A program made the translations under genes and the position numbers. Shown piece after piece: positions 1-10,134 of a DNA stretch of 64,000 bases. The notes under the pieces were generated by a model, which did not search any database, had not been told where the DNA came from, and saw nothing but the letters and a program-made list of their open reading frames with translations. This DNA is from an uncultured Candidatus Saccharibacteria bacterium (GTDB lineage: Bacteria; Patescibacteriota; Minisyncoccia; Phycocordibacterales; DATDWN01), in assembly GCA_964468795.1 (NCBI GenBank), contig CAYXWL010000001.1:232246-296245 (forward strand), read 5' to 3'. Positions within the stretch are counted from its first letter, which is position 1. The number at the start of each line of letters is the position of its first letter.

Positions 1-524
1 GGAGAAAACATGTCGAACAAGTCAGCATTTTCAATATAGCCTTTTATATAAAAGAAAAGACCAAGCTTAATTACGCTCAGAGCTATAAATGCATAAACAA
101 AGCTATTTGGTATGACCTTGTGCCTTATATCGTAAACAACTATGACGAGGAGAATTGAAAAAACGATTGCATAGTAAAAGAAAAACAGCACTGAATATAA
201 CATGCCATGCTGAAACTGCCCGTATATTGACCACAAGGACAGCTGTCTTAGATATATCCCAACAAATATTAAACCTGTTATAAATTCAATTACTGGATAC
301 TGTGCTGAAATCGGACTCTTGCAGGTAGCGCATTTCCCCCTTAATGACAGGTAGCTGAAAAGAGGAATAAGCTCGTACCACTTTAAAGGAGAATTGCATG
401 TCGGACACCTTGATCTATCGTTATATATTGATAAGCCGGTGTTGTACCTTAATGCTACAACATTTAAAAAACTTCCAATGATTATTCCAATAATGAAAAT
501 AAATGCTATAGAAATGATATCCAT
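1..524 (-). CDS. pilD: Prepilin peptidase PilD (A24 family), partial (C-terminus beyond window edge)
   Basis: Not in ORF track (runs off the edge). Manual minus-strand translation from ATG ~524: [72 protein letters not shown].., the N-terminal CxxC..CxxC Zn-binding region typical of PilD. Adjacent to pilin genes. Confidence 0.55.
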   Translation of the reverse strand, partial: MDIISIAFIFIIGIIIGSFLNVVALRYNTGLSIYNDRSRCPTCNSPLKWYELIPLFSYLSLRGKCATCKSPISAQYPVIEFITGLIFVGIYLRQLSLWSIYGQFQHGMLYSVLFFFYYAIVFSILLVIVVYDIRHKVIPNSFVYAFIALSVIKLGLFFYIKGYIENADLFDMFS

Positions 525-560
525 AAAATAATTATATCAGAGCGATCAGCCTTATAGCTA

Positions 561-980
561 TTAACAAGGTATGGTAGCACCAACTCCAGGGTCGTTATCC
601 AAGATTTTCACATTTCCTGAAGTGTCTGTGCAAAGCCAATCAACTCCTGATGTTGAATTGAATTGATTTTGAACTTTTAACTGTACTTTTACCTTATAAC
701 CCAATGCCGCGTTATAGCATAAATTAGTTATGCCTGAATATATATCTTGAAAATGAGTAGTCGGGTTGGTGTCATTACATATACCGCCATAGCTACCCTG
801 ATTTTCATAATAAAGTAAAGCAGCGCCTGCAAGATTTCTAAACGCAGCTTTTGCTGCAGCATCGGAAGCGCTTTTCCTAGCCGAATTAAGCTGTGACATA
901 ACTATAGAAGACAAAACGCCAATTATAGCAATAACCACAAGCAGTTCAATAAGAGTGAAACCTTTCTTATAAGAGTTCAT
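561..980 (-). CDS. Type IV pilin/pseudopilin (prepilin-type N-terminal cleavage/methylation domain)
   Basis: N-terminus KKGFTLIELLVVIAIIGVLSSIV = class III signal peptide + hydrophobic helix. Confidence 0.8.
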   Translation of the reverse strand: MNSYKKGFTLIELLVVIAIIGVLSSIVMSQLNSARKSASDAAAKAAFRNLAGAALLYYENQGSYGGICNDTNPTTHFQDIYSGITNLCYNAALGYKVKVQLKVQNQFNSTSGVDWLCTDTSGNVKILDNDPGVGATIPC

Positions 981-1094
981 AAATTGTGTAATTATAATTA
1001 TATCAATCCATTGTCTTTATACAATAAAAACATGGTGATAACTCATTAAAAAAACGCCATACGGCGTTTTTTTAATGATATAAACTTAAATATA

Positions 1095-1511
1095 CTAGCA
1101 ACTTGTTGCGGCTCCTACGCCAGCAGCCTTTTCAGTTGATGTTCCTGTTGAGTCAACACACCAGAATTTTGTTGTGTCACTCTTTAGCTGAGCTGACATT
1201 GCCCATGCAGTATTTGCACCTCCCGTATCATTACATACAACTGCTGCTGAACCTGCATTTGTAGCACCATTCTTCATGTTTAGGATACCTGCTGTATCAG
1301 TACATACGTTTTGGTATGAATTTGAGTGTCCATCGTAGTATAGCTCAGCCTGTGCTCGTGCGTTTGCCAAGCTAGCCTTGATTGCAGCATCTGAACCCTT
1401 TCCTCGTGCTGTGTTAAGAGATGCCAAAACTACTGATGATAGAATACCGATAATTGCAATAACCACTAGAAGCTCGATAAGTGTAAAACCTCGATTGAAC
1501 TTGTCTTTCAT
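1095..1511 (-). CDS. Type IV pilin (major pilin candidate); start moved to internal Met MKDKFNRGFTLIELL
   Basis: FNRGFTLIELLVVIAIIGILSSVVLASL motif; ORF-track N-terminal extension unlikely. Confidence 0.8.
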   Translation of the reverse strand: MKDKFNRGFTLIELLVVIAIIGILSSVVLASLNTARGKGSDAAIKASLANARAQAELYYDGHSNSYQNVCTDTAGILNMKNGATNAGSAAVVCNDTGGANTAWAMSAQLKSDTTKFWCVDSTGTSTEKAAGVGAATSC

Positions 1512-1667
1512 ATTTAAATTAATTTTAATTATTACTATTTTCTTATAATCAAATTTATTTTTCCGTTCTCTCGACCGCCCAATCTCCTTATAGAGACGCC
1601 CGTTTTCCAAACGAATAACTACATTATAGAACCGAAAACAAAGACTGAAAAGGCACTATGTGGATAA

Positions 1668-2879
1668 TTATGCCGTTCCTGCCGCAATGTTATATATAGG
1701 CATAAGTACGGCAGATAGCAGGATTCCCACTCCCAAGCCCAGTCCCACTATCATCACAGGCTCAATAAGGCTCACCAAAGTATCCACAGCCGTACTAACT
1801 TCCCTTTCGTAGAACTTGGCTAGCGAGTTTAAAATATTGCCCAATTCTCCTGTTTCCTCTCCGACTTTTGTCATTTGAGTAAGGAGGTTTGGAATTTCTT
1901 TGTGTAGAGAAAGTGCATCTGAAAGCGAAGTACCTTCCCTTACCCTCATCAATGTATCGTCTAGAATCTTCTTGTAAACTCTGTTATCAACTACGCTTGA
2001 TGTAATATCCAGCGCTCTCAATATAGGGATACCGCTGATTATCATAGTGTGCAAGTTGTCGGCGATTCGAGAAAGATAGAGCTTCTTGTACAGATCTCCG
2101 ATATAAGGCAATTCTAGCTTTAAAGTGTCAAAGTAAAGTCCCCCCTCGTCTGTTCTTGAGTATCTCCAAGTAAAGAAACCTGCGACAACCAAAGTAACAC
2201 CCATGTAAAGACCATAGTCCGTAAACAGCTTGCTAATCCACAAAACGATCTGGGTATATATAGGAACTTGCTGTCCAGAGTCAGTAATCATTAGAGCAAT
2301 TTTCGGAATAATAACCGTAAGCATAAGAATCATCACGCTAATGAAAGTGAATACCACGAAAGCAGGATAAATAAGGGCGCTTTTTGCCTTTGAAGTAACC
2401 TCGTAAGTTCTATCCATATAGTCAGCTAGGTAGATGAATATATCCTCAAGTTTTCCAGACTCTTCTCCTGATCTAACCATGTTTACATAAAAAGAAGAGA
2501 ATGCGTCAGGATACTTGCTCATTGCCACCGATATAGGGCTTCCGCCTTGAATATCATCAGCAATTGCTGTGAGGTACTTTCGCAATACAGCATTATCTAT
2601 CTGATTACCAAGAAGCCTGAAGATTCTCAATGCTGGAACTTTTGCTGAAAAAAGCGTTGACATCTGCCTCGAAAGAATCACGATGTCCTTGTTAGAAACT
2701 CCATTAAACAAGGAAATCATGAGAGGGAAATTTCCAGGAGCATCCTCCTGCATGTGGATCTGGGAAATGACTAGACCCTTTTTTTGAAGAGTATTTATGG
2801 CGATATCAACATTAAAAGCCTCGATTGTTCCTTGTGTTTCTTGTCCTGTGCTTGTTATAGCCTTGTAGTTGAAAATCAT
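1668..2879 (-). CDS. pilC: Type IV pilus assembly platform protein PilC (GspF family)
   Basis: 403 aa, tandem GspF-domain architecture with three TM segments; operon context. Confidence 0.85.
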   Translation of the reverse strand: MIFNYKAITSTGQETQGTIEAFNVDIAINTLQKKGLVISQIHMQEDAPGNFPLMISLFNGVSNKDIVILSRQMSTLFSAKVPALRIFRLLGNQIDNAVLRKYLTAIADDIQGGSPISVAMSKYPDAFSSFYVNMVRSGEESGKLEDIFIYLADYMDRTYEVTSKAKSALIYPAFVVFTFISVMILMLTVIIPKIALMITDSGQQVPIYTQIVLWISKLFTDYGLYMGVTLVVAGFFTWRYSRTDEGGLYFDTLKLELPYIGDLYKKLYLSRIADNLHTMIISGIPILRALDITSSVVDNRVYKKILDDTLMRVREGTSLSDALSLHKEIPNLLTQMTKVGEETGELGNILNSLAKFYEREVSTAVDTLVSLIEPVMIVGLGLGVGILLSAVLMPIYNIAAGTA

Positions 2880-2883
2880 ATTT

Positions 2884-3948
2884 TTATTTTAACATCCTAT
2901 CCAGACCCTTTGCATTATTACTGTATTGATATGCACTCTCGATAGTAATCTCGCCATTTCTAACAAGCTCACTTAAGTACCTGTTTAGATCAATCATGCC
3001 TTCTCCTGAAGATGTTTCTATTATCGAATTAATCTCATGAACCCTGTTCTCTCTGATAAGGTTGGCCACTGCGCTGTTATTTATTAAAAGCTCTACAGCA
3101 GGAATAAGTCCGCCTGATATCCTAGGAATGAGCCTTTGTGACAAAATTCCAATCAAGCTTCCAGAAAGCTGAGTCCTTATCTGCTCCTGCTGGATAGCAT
3201 CAAAGGAATCAAGAATTCTTTCGATGCTTCTGGCTGCATCGTTGGTGTGCAGAGTTGAAAAGACCAAATGTCCTGTTTCCGCGGCAGTAACAGCTGTTGA
3301 CATATCTTCAGGTGAACGCATTTCTCCAATCATGATAACGTCAACGTCTTGCCTGAATGTTCCCCTGAGGCCAGCGTGGAAATCTGGCGTGTCCTGCAAG
3401 ACTTCTCGCTGATCAATGATTGATTTTTTTGATTCAAAAATATATTCGATCGGATCTTCAATTGTAATAATATGCTCGAATCTGTCTTGATTGATCCTTT
3501 CAATCATGGAGGCGAGAGTAGTGCTTTTGCCCTGTCCTGTAGGACCTACAACCAAAAAGAATCCCTGCTGTTTGGCTGTAAATGTTTCGATAATAGAAGG
3601 CAGGTTAAGCTCTGCAAAAGTCTTTATCTGCTTAGGAATGAGCCTCAAGGCTACGCTCATTTTCCCTACTTGAAAATATGCATTTCCTCTGAATCTCGTG
3701 CCGGTCTGATCATAAGCAAAATCCACCTCTTTCTTATCAATAAAAATTTCCTTTTTGGAATCGTCGAGCAAAACATCTAAAATGCCTTTCATGTCCTGCT
3801 TTGTCAGGACATGGCTGTTCGTCATAGGAATAAGTGTGCCGGATACTCGAATAATAGGCTGTCTGCCTTCAGACAAATGAAGGTCGGATGCATTTTCAGA
3901 AATCAAAATTGAAATCAGGCTTTCGATTGTTTTTTTGTAATCCGACAT
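2884..3948 (-). CDS. pilT: Type IV pilus retraction ATPase PilT
   Basis: Walker A GPTGQGKSTT, Asp box, His box; 354 aa typical PilT size. Confidence 0.85.
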   Translation of the reverse strand: MSDYKKTIESLISILISENASDLHLSEGRQPIIRVSGTLIPMTNSHVLTKQDMKGILDVLLDDSKKEIFIDKKEVDFAYDQTGTRFRGNAYFQVGKMSVALRLIPKQIKTFAELNLPSIIETFTAKQQGFFLVVGPTGQGKSTTLASMIERINQDRFEHIITIEDPIEYIFESKKSIIDQREVLQDTPDFHAGLRGTFRQDVDVIMIGEMRSPEDMSTAVTAAETGHLVFSTLHTNDAARSIERILDSFDAIQQEQIRTQLSGSLIGILSQRLIPRISGGLIPAVELLINNSAVANLIRENRVHEINSIIETSSGEGMIDLNRYLSELVRNGEITIESAYQYSNNAKGLDRMLK

Positions 3949-4340
3949 TATTTTTTCTTATTCTTATAAATGTTCAGCACCTGATCTACAACTTCAGACG
4001 GAATGGTCATGGCTTTTATAATATATCCGTCAACTCCCATACTTTTTGCTTTATCCAGATCGTCTGCTTGGTTTGTGAGCATTATTATGGCTGCTTGCGG
4101 TGCAAGATTTTCAGTTCTAATAAATTTAAGGAGTTCTAAGCCATCAATGCCAGGCATAATTATATCCAAAACAATGATGTCAAAAGACTTGTCGTTTCTC
4201 AGCTTATCTAGGGCATTTTGACTGCTTGATGACGTATCAATTTCTAATCCGCTTTTTTTGAACTTCAAAGAATACATATCTAGCAGAAACTTGTCATCAT
4301 CAACCAACAGAATTTTTAATGCCTTTTTTTCTTGTATCAT
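3948..4340 (-). CDS. Stand-alone response regulator receiver domain (CheY-like) embedded in pilus operon
   Basis: ILLVDDDKFLL...DIIVLDIIMPGIDGLELL...phospho-acceptor Asp context; 130 aa. Confidence 0.75.
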   Translation of the reverse strand: MIQEKKALKILLVDDDKFLLDMYSLKFKKSGLEIDTSSSSQNALDKLRNDKSFDIIVLDIIMPGIDGLELLKFIRTENLAPQAAIIMLTNQADDLDKAKSMGVDGYIIKAMTIPSEVVDQVLNIYKNKKK

Positions 4341-4349
4341 GTTTGTAAA

Positions 4350-6065
4350 TTATACCATGTTAACTTCTTCGAAAGGAATTACTTGATTCATTGATTTGAT
4401 AATTGCATCTTCTTTCATAGACAACATTCCTTTTGATCTTGCTATCTTGGCTATTTCTATCTCATCGAGATTTTTTAGAATTGCAGTTTCAATATCCTTA
4501 TCCATTTCAAGCACTTCCATAACCGCAATTCTCCCTCGAGTTCCGTTAGGACAATCCTGCGTTTGTCCTGCTTTGTAAACTTTGTCTGTAAACTCAAGAT
4601 CTTTTTTGTATTGAGGAGGAAGATCGCTGAACTGCTTGTCTATCATAGCCTTGATGCTTCCTTCTACCTCTACAGGCACTCCGGCATTAGGACAGAGTTT
4701 TGATGCAAGTCTTTGAGCAATCGCCAATACCAAAGTCGGAGCAATAAGATACGGATCAACACCCATATCCAAAAGCCTTGGTATCACTCCTACGGCTCCG
4801 TTGGTGTGGATAGTTGAAAACACCAAGTGTCCAGTAAGGGCAGCTTGAATAGCCAGCTGAGCTGTTTCCTTGTCTCGAATCTCACCCACCATGATAATGT
4901 CCGGGTCCTGCCTCAATGTTGTTCTAAGACCTGAAGCAAAGGTGTAACCTATATCAGGCTGAACTTGAGACTGTGAAAGTCCTTCGATGTTGTATTCGAT
5001 AGGGTCTTCAAGCGAAAGCACGTTTTGATGTTCCCTATCAAGCTCGTTGAGCATAGAATACAAAGTCGTGGTTTTTCCCGATCCAGTAGGACCAGAGATT
5101 AGGACTAGGCCGTATGGCTTCTTGATAGCTTCCTTGATGAGCTTTAGATTTCGCTTGCTCAAGCCAAGCTCATCCAGCTTCTTAACGCCTTTCTCCTGAT
5201 CCAAAAGTCGCATCACAACCTTTTCTCCGAAATAAGTTGGAAATGTGGAGACTCGAAAGTCGATTTTTCTGTCCTCCACCTTTGTCGTAAATCTTCCGTC
5301 CTGAGGCTTCCTTTTTTCGTCTAACCTCATGTTAGAAAGAATTTTAATTCTGGCTACCACAGCAGCATGCACTCTCGAAGGAAGTGTGAGGCTGGTGTTC
5401 ATTTCACCATCAACTCGGAATCTCACTTTGACCTGCTCTCTCCATGGTTCAATATGGATGTCTGAGGCATTGCCGTCAGTAGCATATCGCAAAATTGTTG
5501 CTACGATTTTTGTTACGGGAGCATCCTCGGAAATCTGATTTCCTTGTATAACCTCCTGCTCAAGCTCAGCCTGTTCAGCCTTGTCTTTTTCCGACTTAAG
5601 CTCAACTTCAAGTTCGGAAAGGGATTTTGAGACTTCAGCTGTAAGACCTTTGTATAGTGAAAAAACTTTTGTAAAATCATCTTCGCTGACCAGATATATC
5701 TTAAAAGGCATCTGAACCTTTGAAGCAATAAAGTTCAAAGCGTCTCTCGCTTCCATGTCATCTGGATCAACCATGCCAACCTCCAGCACGCCCTTTTTTA
5801 CTCCGATCGGAACAAACTTGTAGTGGGAAGCGGAATCTTCTGGAATATAGTGCAATATCTTGTCGCCAATCTCATGCTCATTGACTGTTCTAGTTGGTAT
5901 GTCGAAATATTCGCCCTTGGCTAGCAAAATTTCCTGAGGAGATACTCCTTTTTTAATTAAAGCCTCTTCAATAGTTACATTAGACGAAACAGACTCATTT
6001 GTAATAAGCTCTGCTGTTTTTTGATCTATTATTCCTTTTTCTGCCAGTATCTTTAATATATCCAT
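4350..6065 (-). CDS. pilB: Type IV pilus assembly ATPase PilB (GspE family)
   Basis: N-terminal GSPII domain, Walker A GPTGSGKTTTLYS, tetracysteine Zn motif region; 571 aa. Confidence 0.9.
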   Translation of the reverse strand: MDILKILAEKGIIDQKTAELITNESVSSNVTIEEALIKKGVSPQEILLAKGEYFDIPTRTVNEHEIGDKILHYIPEDSASHYKFVPIGVKKGVLEVGMVDPDDMEARDALNFIASKVQMPFKIYLVSEDDFTKVFSLYKGLTAEVSKSLSELEVELKSEKDKAEQAELEQEVIQGNQISEDAPVTKIVATILRYATDGNASDIHIEPWREQVKVRFRVDGEMNTSLTLPSRVHAAVVARIKILSNMRLDEKRKPQDGRFTTKVEDRKIDFRVSTFPTYFGEKVVMRLLDQEKGVKKLDELGLSKRNLKLIKEAIKKPYGLVLISGPTGSGKTTTLYSMLNELDREHQNVLSLEDPIEYNIEGLSQSQVQPDIGYTFASGLRTTLRQDPDIIMVGEIRDKETAQLAIQAALTGHLVFSTIHTNGAVGVIPRLLDMGVDPYLIAPTLVLAIAQRLASKLCPNAGVPVEVEGSIKAMIDKQFSDLPPQYKKDLEFTDKVYKAGQTQDCPNGTRGRIAVMEVLEMDKDIETAILKNLDEIEIAKIARSKGMLSMKEDAIIKSMNQVIPFEEVNMV

Positions 6066-6084
6066 ATGTTCTTTCGGAAATTAC

Positions 6085-6414
6085 CTATCTTTTAGATTGC
6101 GATGAATTTGAGTTAGAAGTTGGTTTAGGATAATTTTGGAAAGGATTCGTCTTTCCCTGCTCTTCAGTAGATAGAACTACGCTATAATCCACCAAACTCT
6201 GAAAGACAGTGGATGTAAATACAGATTTATCAATTGAAATATTTTCAAGCTTATTTATCAGTCCAGTTATCTCCTGTCCAACAGCATCGCCCTGTGAAGT
6301 CATCGTTAGGCCGTCTGGAGTAGGTTCAGTATTTACGAGCCTATAGCCAAGGTACACTATTAGAAGTGCGACGCTCAGGTATATAAGAATTTTTTGTACT
6401 GATTGTGGCAACAT
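6085..6414 (-). CDS. Small TM/periplasmic protein in PilP position (hypothetical)
   Basis: N-terminal TM helix, Ser/Asn-rich tail; position between pilO-like and pilB. Confidence 0.4.
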   Translation of the reverse strand: MLPQSVQKILIYLSVALLIVYLGYRLVNTEPTPDGLTMTSQGDAVGQEITGLINKLENISIDKSVFTSTVFQSLVDYSVVLSTEEQGKTNPFQNYPKPTSNSNSSQSKR

Positions 6415-6415
6415 G

Positions 6416-6967
6416 TTATTGAAGTGAATAAGTTTGTATTTGAATGCTGTAATCAAGCGTATCCCCCGTCGATCCGGTCGGCTTTGATATTGTGACTTTT
6501 ACAACATCTAGAAGCTGAAGGCTGTTCTCTATGTCGGAAAGGAAATTTATAAAATTTCCATACTGGCCTGTAACTTTAAAGCTGATTGTGTTTGTCTTGT
6601 ATCCTGTTTCTCCAGTCTGTGTATCATCTTGGTTTTTGTTCGCATAGTCAGCAACGTCAAATTTATAATCTGACATGCTCAAGGCGTTTCTCGCAGAAAG
6701 ATTATAAAGGTCGTTCATAAGAGGTATAGGATTGAACTTGGTAGGAACCAATTTCTGAAGTTTGGAAACTTCTTCCTCGCTCAAGCTGTTGTATTCGCTT
6801 AAAGCCTTGTCTCTTTTTGCGGCTATATCCTGAGTGCTGTTCAAAAGACTTACATACTTTGAGTTTTCAGCAATCATGTTCTTTACCACCAAAGTCTGAG
6901 GAGAAATGTACATTGTGTACATTGCGATTGAGAGCAGTATTAACAATATTGGTATGAGTACTTTCAT
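6416..6967 (-). CDS. PilO-like pilus alignment protein
   Basis: Single N-terminal TM helix + coiled coil, 183 aa, operon context pilM-N-O. Confidence 0.5.
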   Translation of the reverse strand: MKVLIPILLILLSIAMYTMYISPQTLVVKNMIAENSKYVSLLNSTQDIAAKRDKALSEYNSLSEEEVSKLQKLVPTKFNPIPLMNDLYNLSARNALSMSDYKFDVADYANKNQDDTQTGETGYKTNTISFKVTGQYGNFINFLSDIENSLQLLDVVKVTISKPTGSTGDTLDYSIQIQTYSLQ

Positions 6968-6969
6968 GT

Positions 6970-7653
6970 TTAATTTGTATTATTGGAAGTGGTGGTGCTG
7001 TTTTCTGTAACTGGTTGCTCACCTTCTGCAGTGCTGTTGCTCTTATCTTTTCCTTCTATAAATCTCCTATACGAAGTAAGTACAGGCATTATTTCAGCAG
7101 TAAGCGTATACCCGACCCCGCCGTTTTTTGTAACTGCAACATCCGTAATTAGTGGGTTTTTTATGTATTCTGTGCTTTCAAATATTTCCTGCTGTTTTAC
7201 CAAAGCATTAAAGGACTGAGTCTCTCCTTTTATGATAATCTGAGGCTTGTTTGTTTTCTTTGTGAACTCAAAGTTGTCGAACTGAGACTTTTTTACGATA
7301 GACTGTTCAAGTAAAGCCAAGACTCTGGAAGAAGCTATATGGTTTTCAAGCAAATTCTTTGTTAGCTCGATTTTCTTATCAGCAAGTATAAGTTCATTTA
7401 TTTTTTCAACATCAAATGCCTTCTTGGCATCATCCAAGTTTGCAACAGACTGCTTAATTTGGTTTTTTAGATAATACTCGTATCCAAAAAGCCCCCCCAT
7501 AGCAAAAAGAGCGACCACAAAAAGAGTTATGGCAACGACTGAAAACAGATCAACGTTCTGGATAGCGACAGGATTTATCGGAATCGAACTAGGAGTATAT
7601 ATTCCCGTATCTGATTTCTTTGGAATGAACGATGTTTGAAACTTTGGTTCCAT
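6970..7653 (-). CDS. PilN-like pilus alignment protein
   Basis: Short cytoplasmic N-terminus, TM helix (LFSVVAITLFVVALFAMGGLF), coiled coil; follows pilM. Confidence 0.5.
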   Translation of the reverse strand: MEPKFQTSFIPKKSDTGIYTPSSIPINPVAIQNVDLFSVVAITLFVVALFAMGGLFGYEYYLKNQIKQSVANLDDAKKAFDVEKINELILADKKIELTKNLLENHIASSRVLALLEQSIVKKSQFDNFEFTKKTNKPQIIIKGETQSFNALVKQQEIFESTEYIKNPLITDVAVTKNGGVGYTLTAEIMPVLTSYRRFIEGKDKSNSTAEGEQPVTENSTTTSNNTN

Positions 7654-7745
7654 AATATATGCATAAATTATATTACAGATAAAAATAAAAAACTATTTAT
7701 TATGTGTAAAACTTTTTTACTATCTTCTAAAACAAAATAATCTTC

Positions 7746-8864
7746 TTAAGAGAATTCCTGAAGCTTTCTTAGAGCTACTCCTACAGCTACAGCAAACTCT
7801 GGTCCAGTTTCCTTTAGGACTTTTTCTAGAAACGCAGGAGAAACCACCTTGCCGAAAGGATCACCAGCTACAACTTCTGTTTGAAAATTCTTTTTTGCCA
7901 CATCAACTACCCCTTTTAAGGCACTGCCTCCTCCAACAAGTACTACCTTGGCAACATTTTTGGCATATTTTTTCTGATAAGCCAATAGAACCTTGCTAGC
8001 TTCTGAGAAAATGTAGCTTAGGGTAAATGTTCCAACGTCACTGAGCTTTATTCCGTTTATTTCTCCTAACAAGCCCTGTTCTCTTTTTAAGTATTCGGCA
8101 TCTTCCATTGAAATGCCTAGAGATTTTGAAATTTCGTCTGTAACTTTGTGTGCGCCTTTTTCAATAAGATGAGTTGATCTTAGTATGCCTTTTTCAACAA
8201 TATACAGCTTTGTGCTGGCAGCCCCCATATCAACTATCATAATAGGAGCAACTTCCTGATCAAGGATTGATCTTATTGTGCTGAATATTTCGATTTCAAA
8301 GAAACTAGCGTCAAGGTTTGTCTTTGTAACAATGTCCTTGTAGCGATTGATAGTGTCATTATGCAGTGCAACCATAAGAACCTCTATTTTCTCAAAAGGA
8401 TTGCTGGTATTGGCAACTGGAGACGGCTCCGTATCGCTGTTTTTATCTTTGGGAATAATGTACCAATCGAGAGTAACTTCTGAAATTGGAACTGGAACAT
8501 ATTTTCTAGCTTCTAGAGGGACCATCTCCGCCAATTGCTTCTTGCCGACGACAGGAAGCTCGATTACAGCCATGAGGCTAGATGAAAACGGTATTGCCAC
8601 ACCGCAAGACCTAGTTGTAATATTTACCTCTTTCTCTGAAAGCATGTCGTTCAGAGCCTCAACTATTTTTTCTATAGGCAGATTTGTTGCCTCTCCTACC
8701 CCTTTTCCTGCATACGGACCTAAAGCAAGCTCTCCATAAGTTTCAAGCACAGGATGTTCGTTTTTTTGACTAAGCTGTACTAATTTTATAGAAGAAGAGC
8801 CAATATCTATTCCAACAACGCTAGGAATCTGCTTATTTAGTAATCTGGTAAGAAAATTAGCCAT
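7746..8864 (-). CDS. pilM: PilM (actin-like ATPase, FtsA/PilM family)
   Basis: VGIDIGSSSIKLVQL N-terminal phosphate-1 motif, 372 aa. Confidence 0.8.
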   Translation of the reverse strand: MANFLTRLLNKQIPSVVGIDIGSSSIKLVQLSQKNEHPVLETYGELALGPYAGKGVGEATNLPIEKIVEALNDMLSEKEVNITTRSCGVAIPFSSSLMAVIELPVVGKKQLAEMVPLEARKYVPVPISEVTLDWYIIPKDKNSDTEPSPVANTSNPFEKIEVLMVALHNDTINRYKDIVTKTNLDASFFEIEIFSTIRSILDQEVAPIMIVDMGAASTKLYIVEKGILRSTHLIEKGAHKVTDEISKSLGISMEDAEYLKREQGLLGEINGIKLSDVGTFTLSYIFSEASKVLLAYQKKYAKNVAKVVLVGGGSALKGVVDVAKKNFQTEVVAGDPFGKVVSPAFLEKVLKETGPEFAVAVGVALRKLQEFS

Positions 8865-8918
8865 AACTATGTAAGTTGTTAATTAGTATAACACAGCGCC
8901 AATTTATATAATATATCT

Positions 8919-9575
8919 ATGTTGAAAAGTTTATTGGATTTTCTGAAAAAAATAGCGGATGAAATTGCTCCAAAAAGGAAGGATTTTGAAATTGTAAAAA
9001 ATTTATCAGAAAATGAAATCGAAAATCTGCCTAAAAGCCCTTCGCCTCTTGGAATGGACTGGATAAAACCTTTATTTAAGTACAAAAATAGAATTGTCCA
9101 AGCCATTATTTGGGAACTTAAATACAAAGAAAATACATTGCCATTAGGTGTTATTGGAAAAATGATGTATGAGGAAATAATTGAGCTGATGTCAGAAATC
9201 ATGATGTTTGACAGCGATGCTGAGTTTTTGTTAATACCGATACCTATTACGCCCGAGAGAAGAAGCGAAAGGGGCTACAACCAAAGCGAATATATTGCCA
9301 AAGCCATATTGGAAAATGATTCCGGTCATTTCCTACTATACGCTCCGCAATGGTTTGAAAAAATAAAAGAGACTCATAGGCAAAGCCACAGCCGAAACAA
9401 GGAGGAAAGAATGCATAACCTGATGGATTGCTTTAGGGCTGATAACAGAGTCTCCGGAAAATATGTTATTTTAATTGACGACGTTACCACAACCGGAAGC
9501 ACTCTGTATGAAGCAAAGAAATCTATTATTTCTGGAGGAGCAAAAAATGTCTACGCATTTACCATTGCTCATTAA
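8919..9575 (+). CDS. comF: ComF family protein (phosphoribosyltransferase-domain competence protein ComFC)
   Basis: C-terminal PRTase motif VILIDDVTTTGSTLYEA; divergent from pilus operon. Confidence 0.8.
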   Translation: MLKSLLDFLKKIADEIAPKRKDFEIVKNLSENEIENLPKSPSPLGMDWIKPLFKYKNRIVQAIIWELKYKENTLPLGVIGKMMYEEIIELMSEIMMFDSDAEFLLIPIPITPERRSERGYNQSEYIAKAILENDSGHFLLYAPQWFEKIKETHRQSHSRNKEERMHNLMDCFRADNRVSGKYVILIDDVTTTGSTLYEAKKSIISGGAKNVYAFTIAH

Positions 9576-9576
9576 A

Positions 9577-10134
9577 TTAAAAAGCCTTGAAGTTGCTTTT
9601 ATCCTGCAATATCCGATCCACCTCCTCATAGCCCTTAAGGTATGAAAAATTGTACCTTGCAGGAAGAGCAAAAACATAATTTGCATTTCTTCCGAGCTCA
9701 GAAGGATTCACGGGTGCTGCCCCAATATGGAATTTATCAGCTTTCATTTCGTTCCACTGATCAGTTGTAAATACCATGACTGGAATATCTTGTCGTGGAG
9801 TAGTAGTACTCCATTCTGGATGCCTTATTGAAATCATAGGGCCGGACACTGTTCCCAAAACCAGATTCCCCTTCGAGTTCAAGCTATCTCCAGACCACTT
9901 ATTTTCCACTACCGAGTACCCCGACCAGCTTTTCGGCACATCAATGCTAAATCCATACTTTTCATTTCGATATGTTATGGAATTTGAATTCTGAGTTGTT
10001 GTACCTGCTGATCCATTATTACCAGTAATAGTACCAGGAGACGGTATCTGCCTACTTCCTAAAAAGTAATACATTAGCCCGCCAACAAAAGCTACTGCAA
10101 TAATTATTACAGCTATTTTTGATGAATTTTTCAT
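9577..10134 (-). CDS. Secreted/membrane-anchored hypothetical protein (YRNEKYGF..P.SW family, paralogs at 44238 and 46129)
   Basis: N-terminal TM/signal; shared motif with two other ORFs in window. Confidence 0.5.
   Translation of the reverse strand: MKNSSKIAVIIIAVAFVGGLMYYFLGSRQIPSPGTITGNNGSAGTTTQNSNSITYRNEKYGFSIDVPKSWSGYSVVENKWSGDSLNSKGNLVLGTVSGPMISIRHPEWSTTTPRQDIPVMVFTTDQWNEMKADKFHIGAAPVNPSELGRNANYVFALPARYNFSYLKGYEEVDRILQDKSNFKAF

Noticed and set aside
3224-9202. Several 60-130-aa ORFs on the + strand inside pilT, pilB, pilM and antisense to comF (e.g. 3224..3412, 3472..3780, 5329..5538, 8347..8739, 8879..9202)
   Set aside because: They are embedded antisense in well-supported genes, with low-complexity translations and no ribosome-binding sites.
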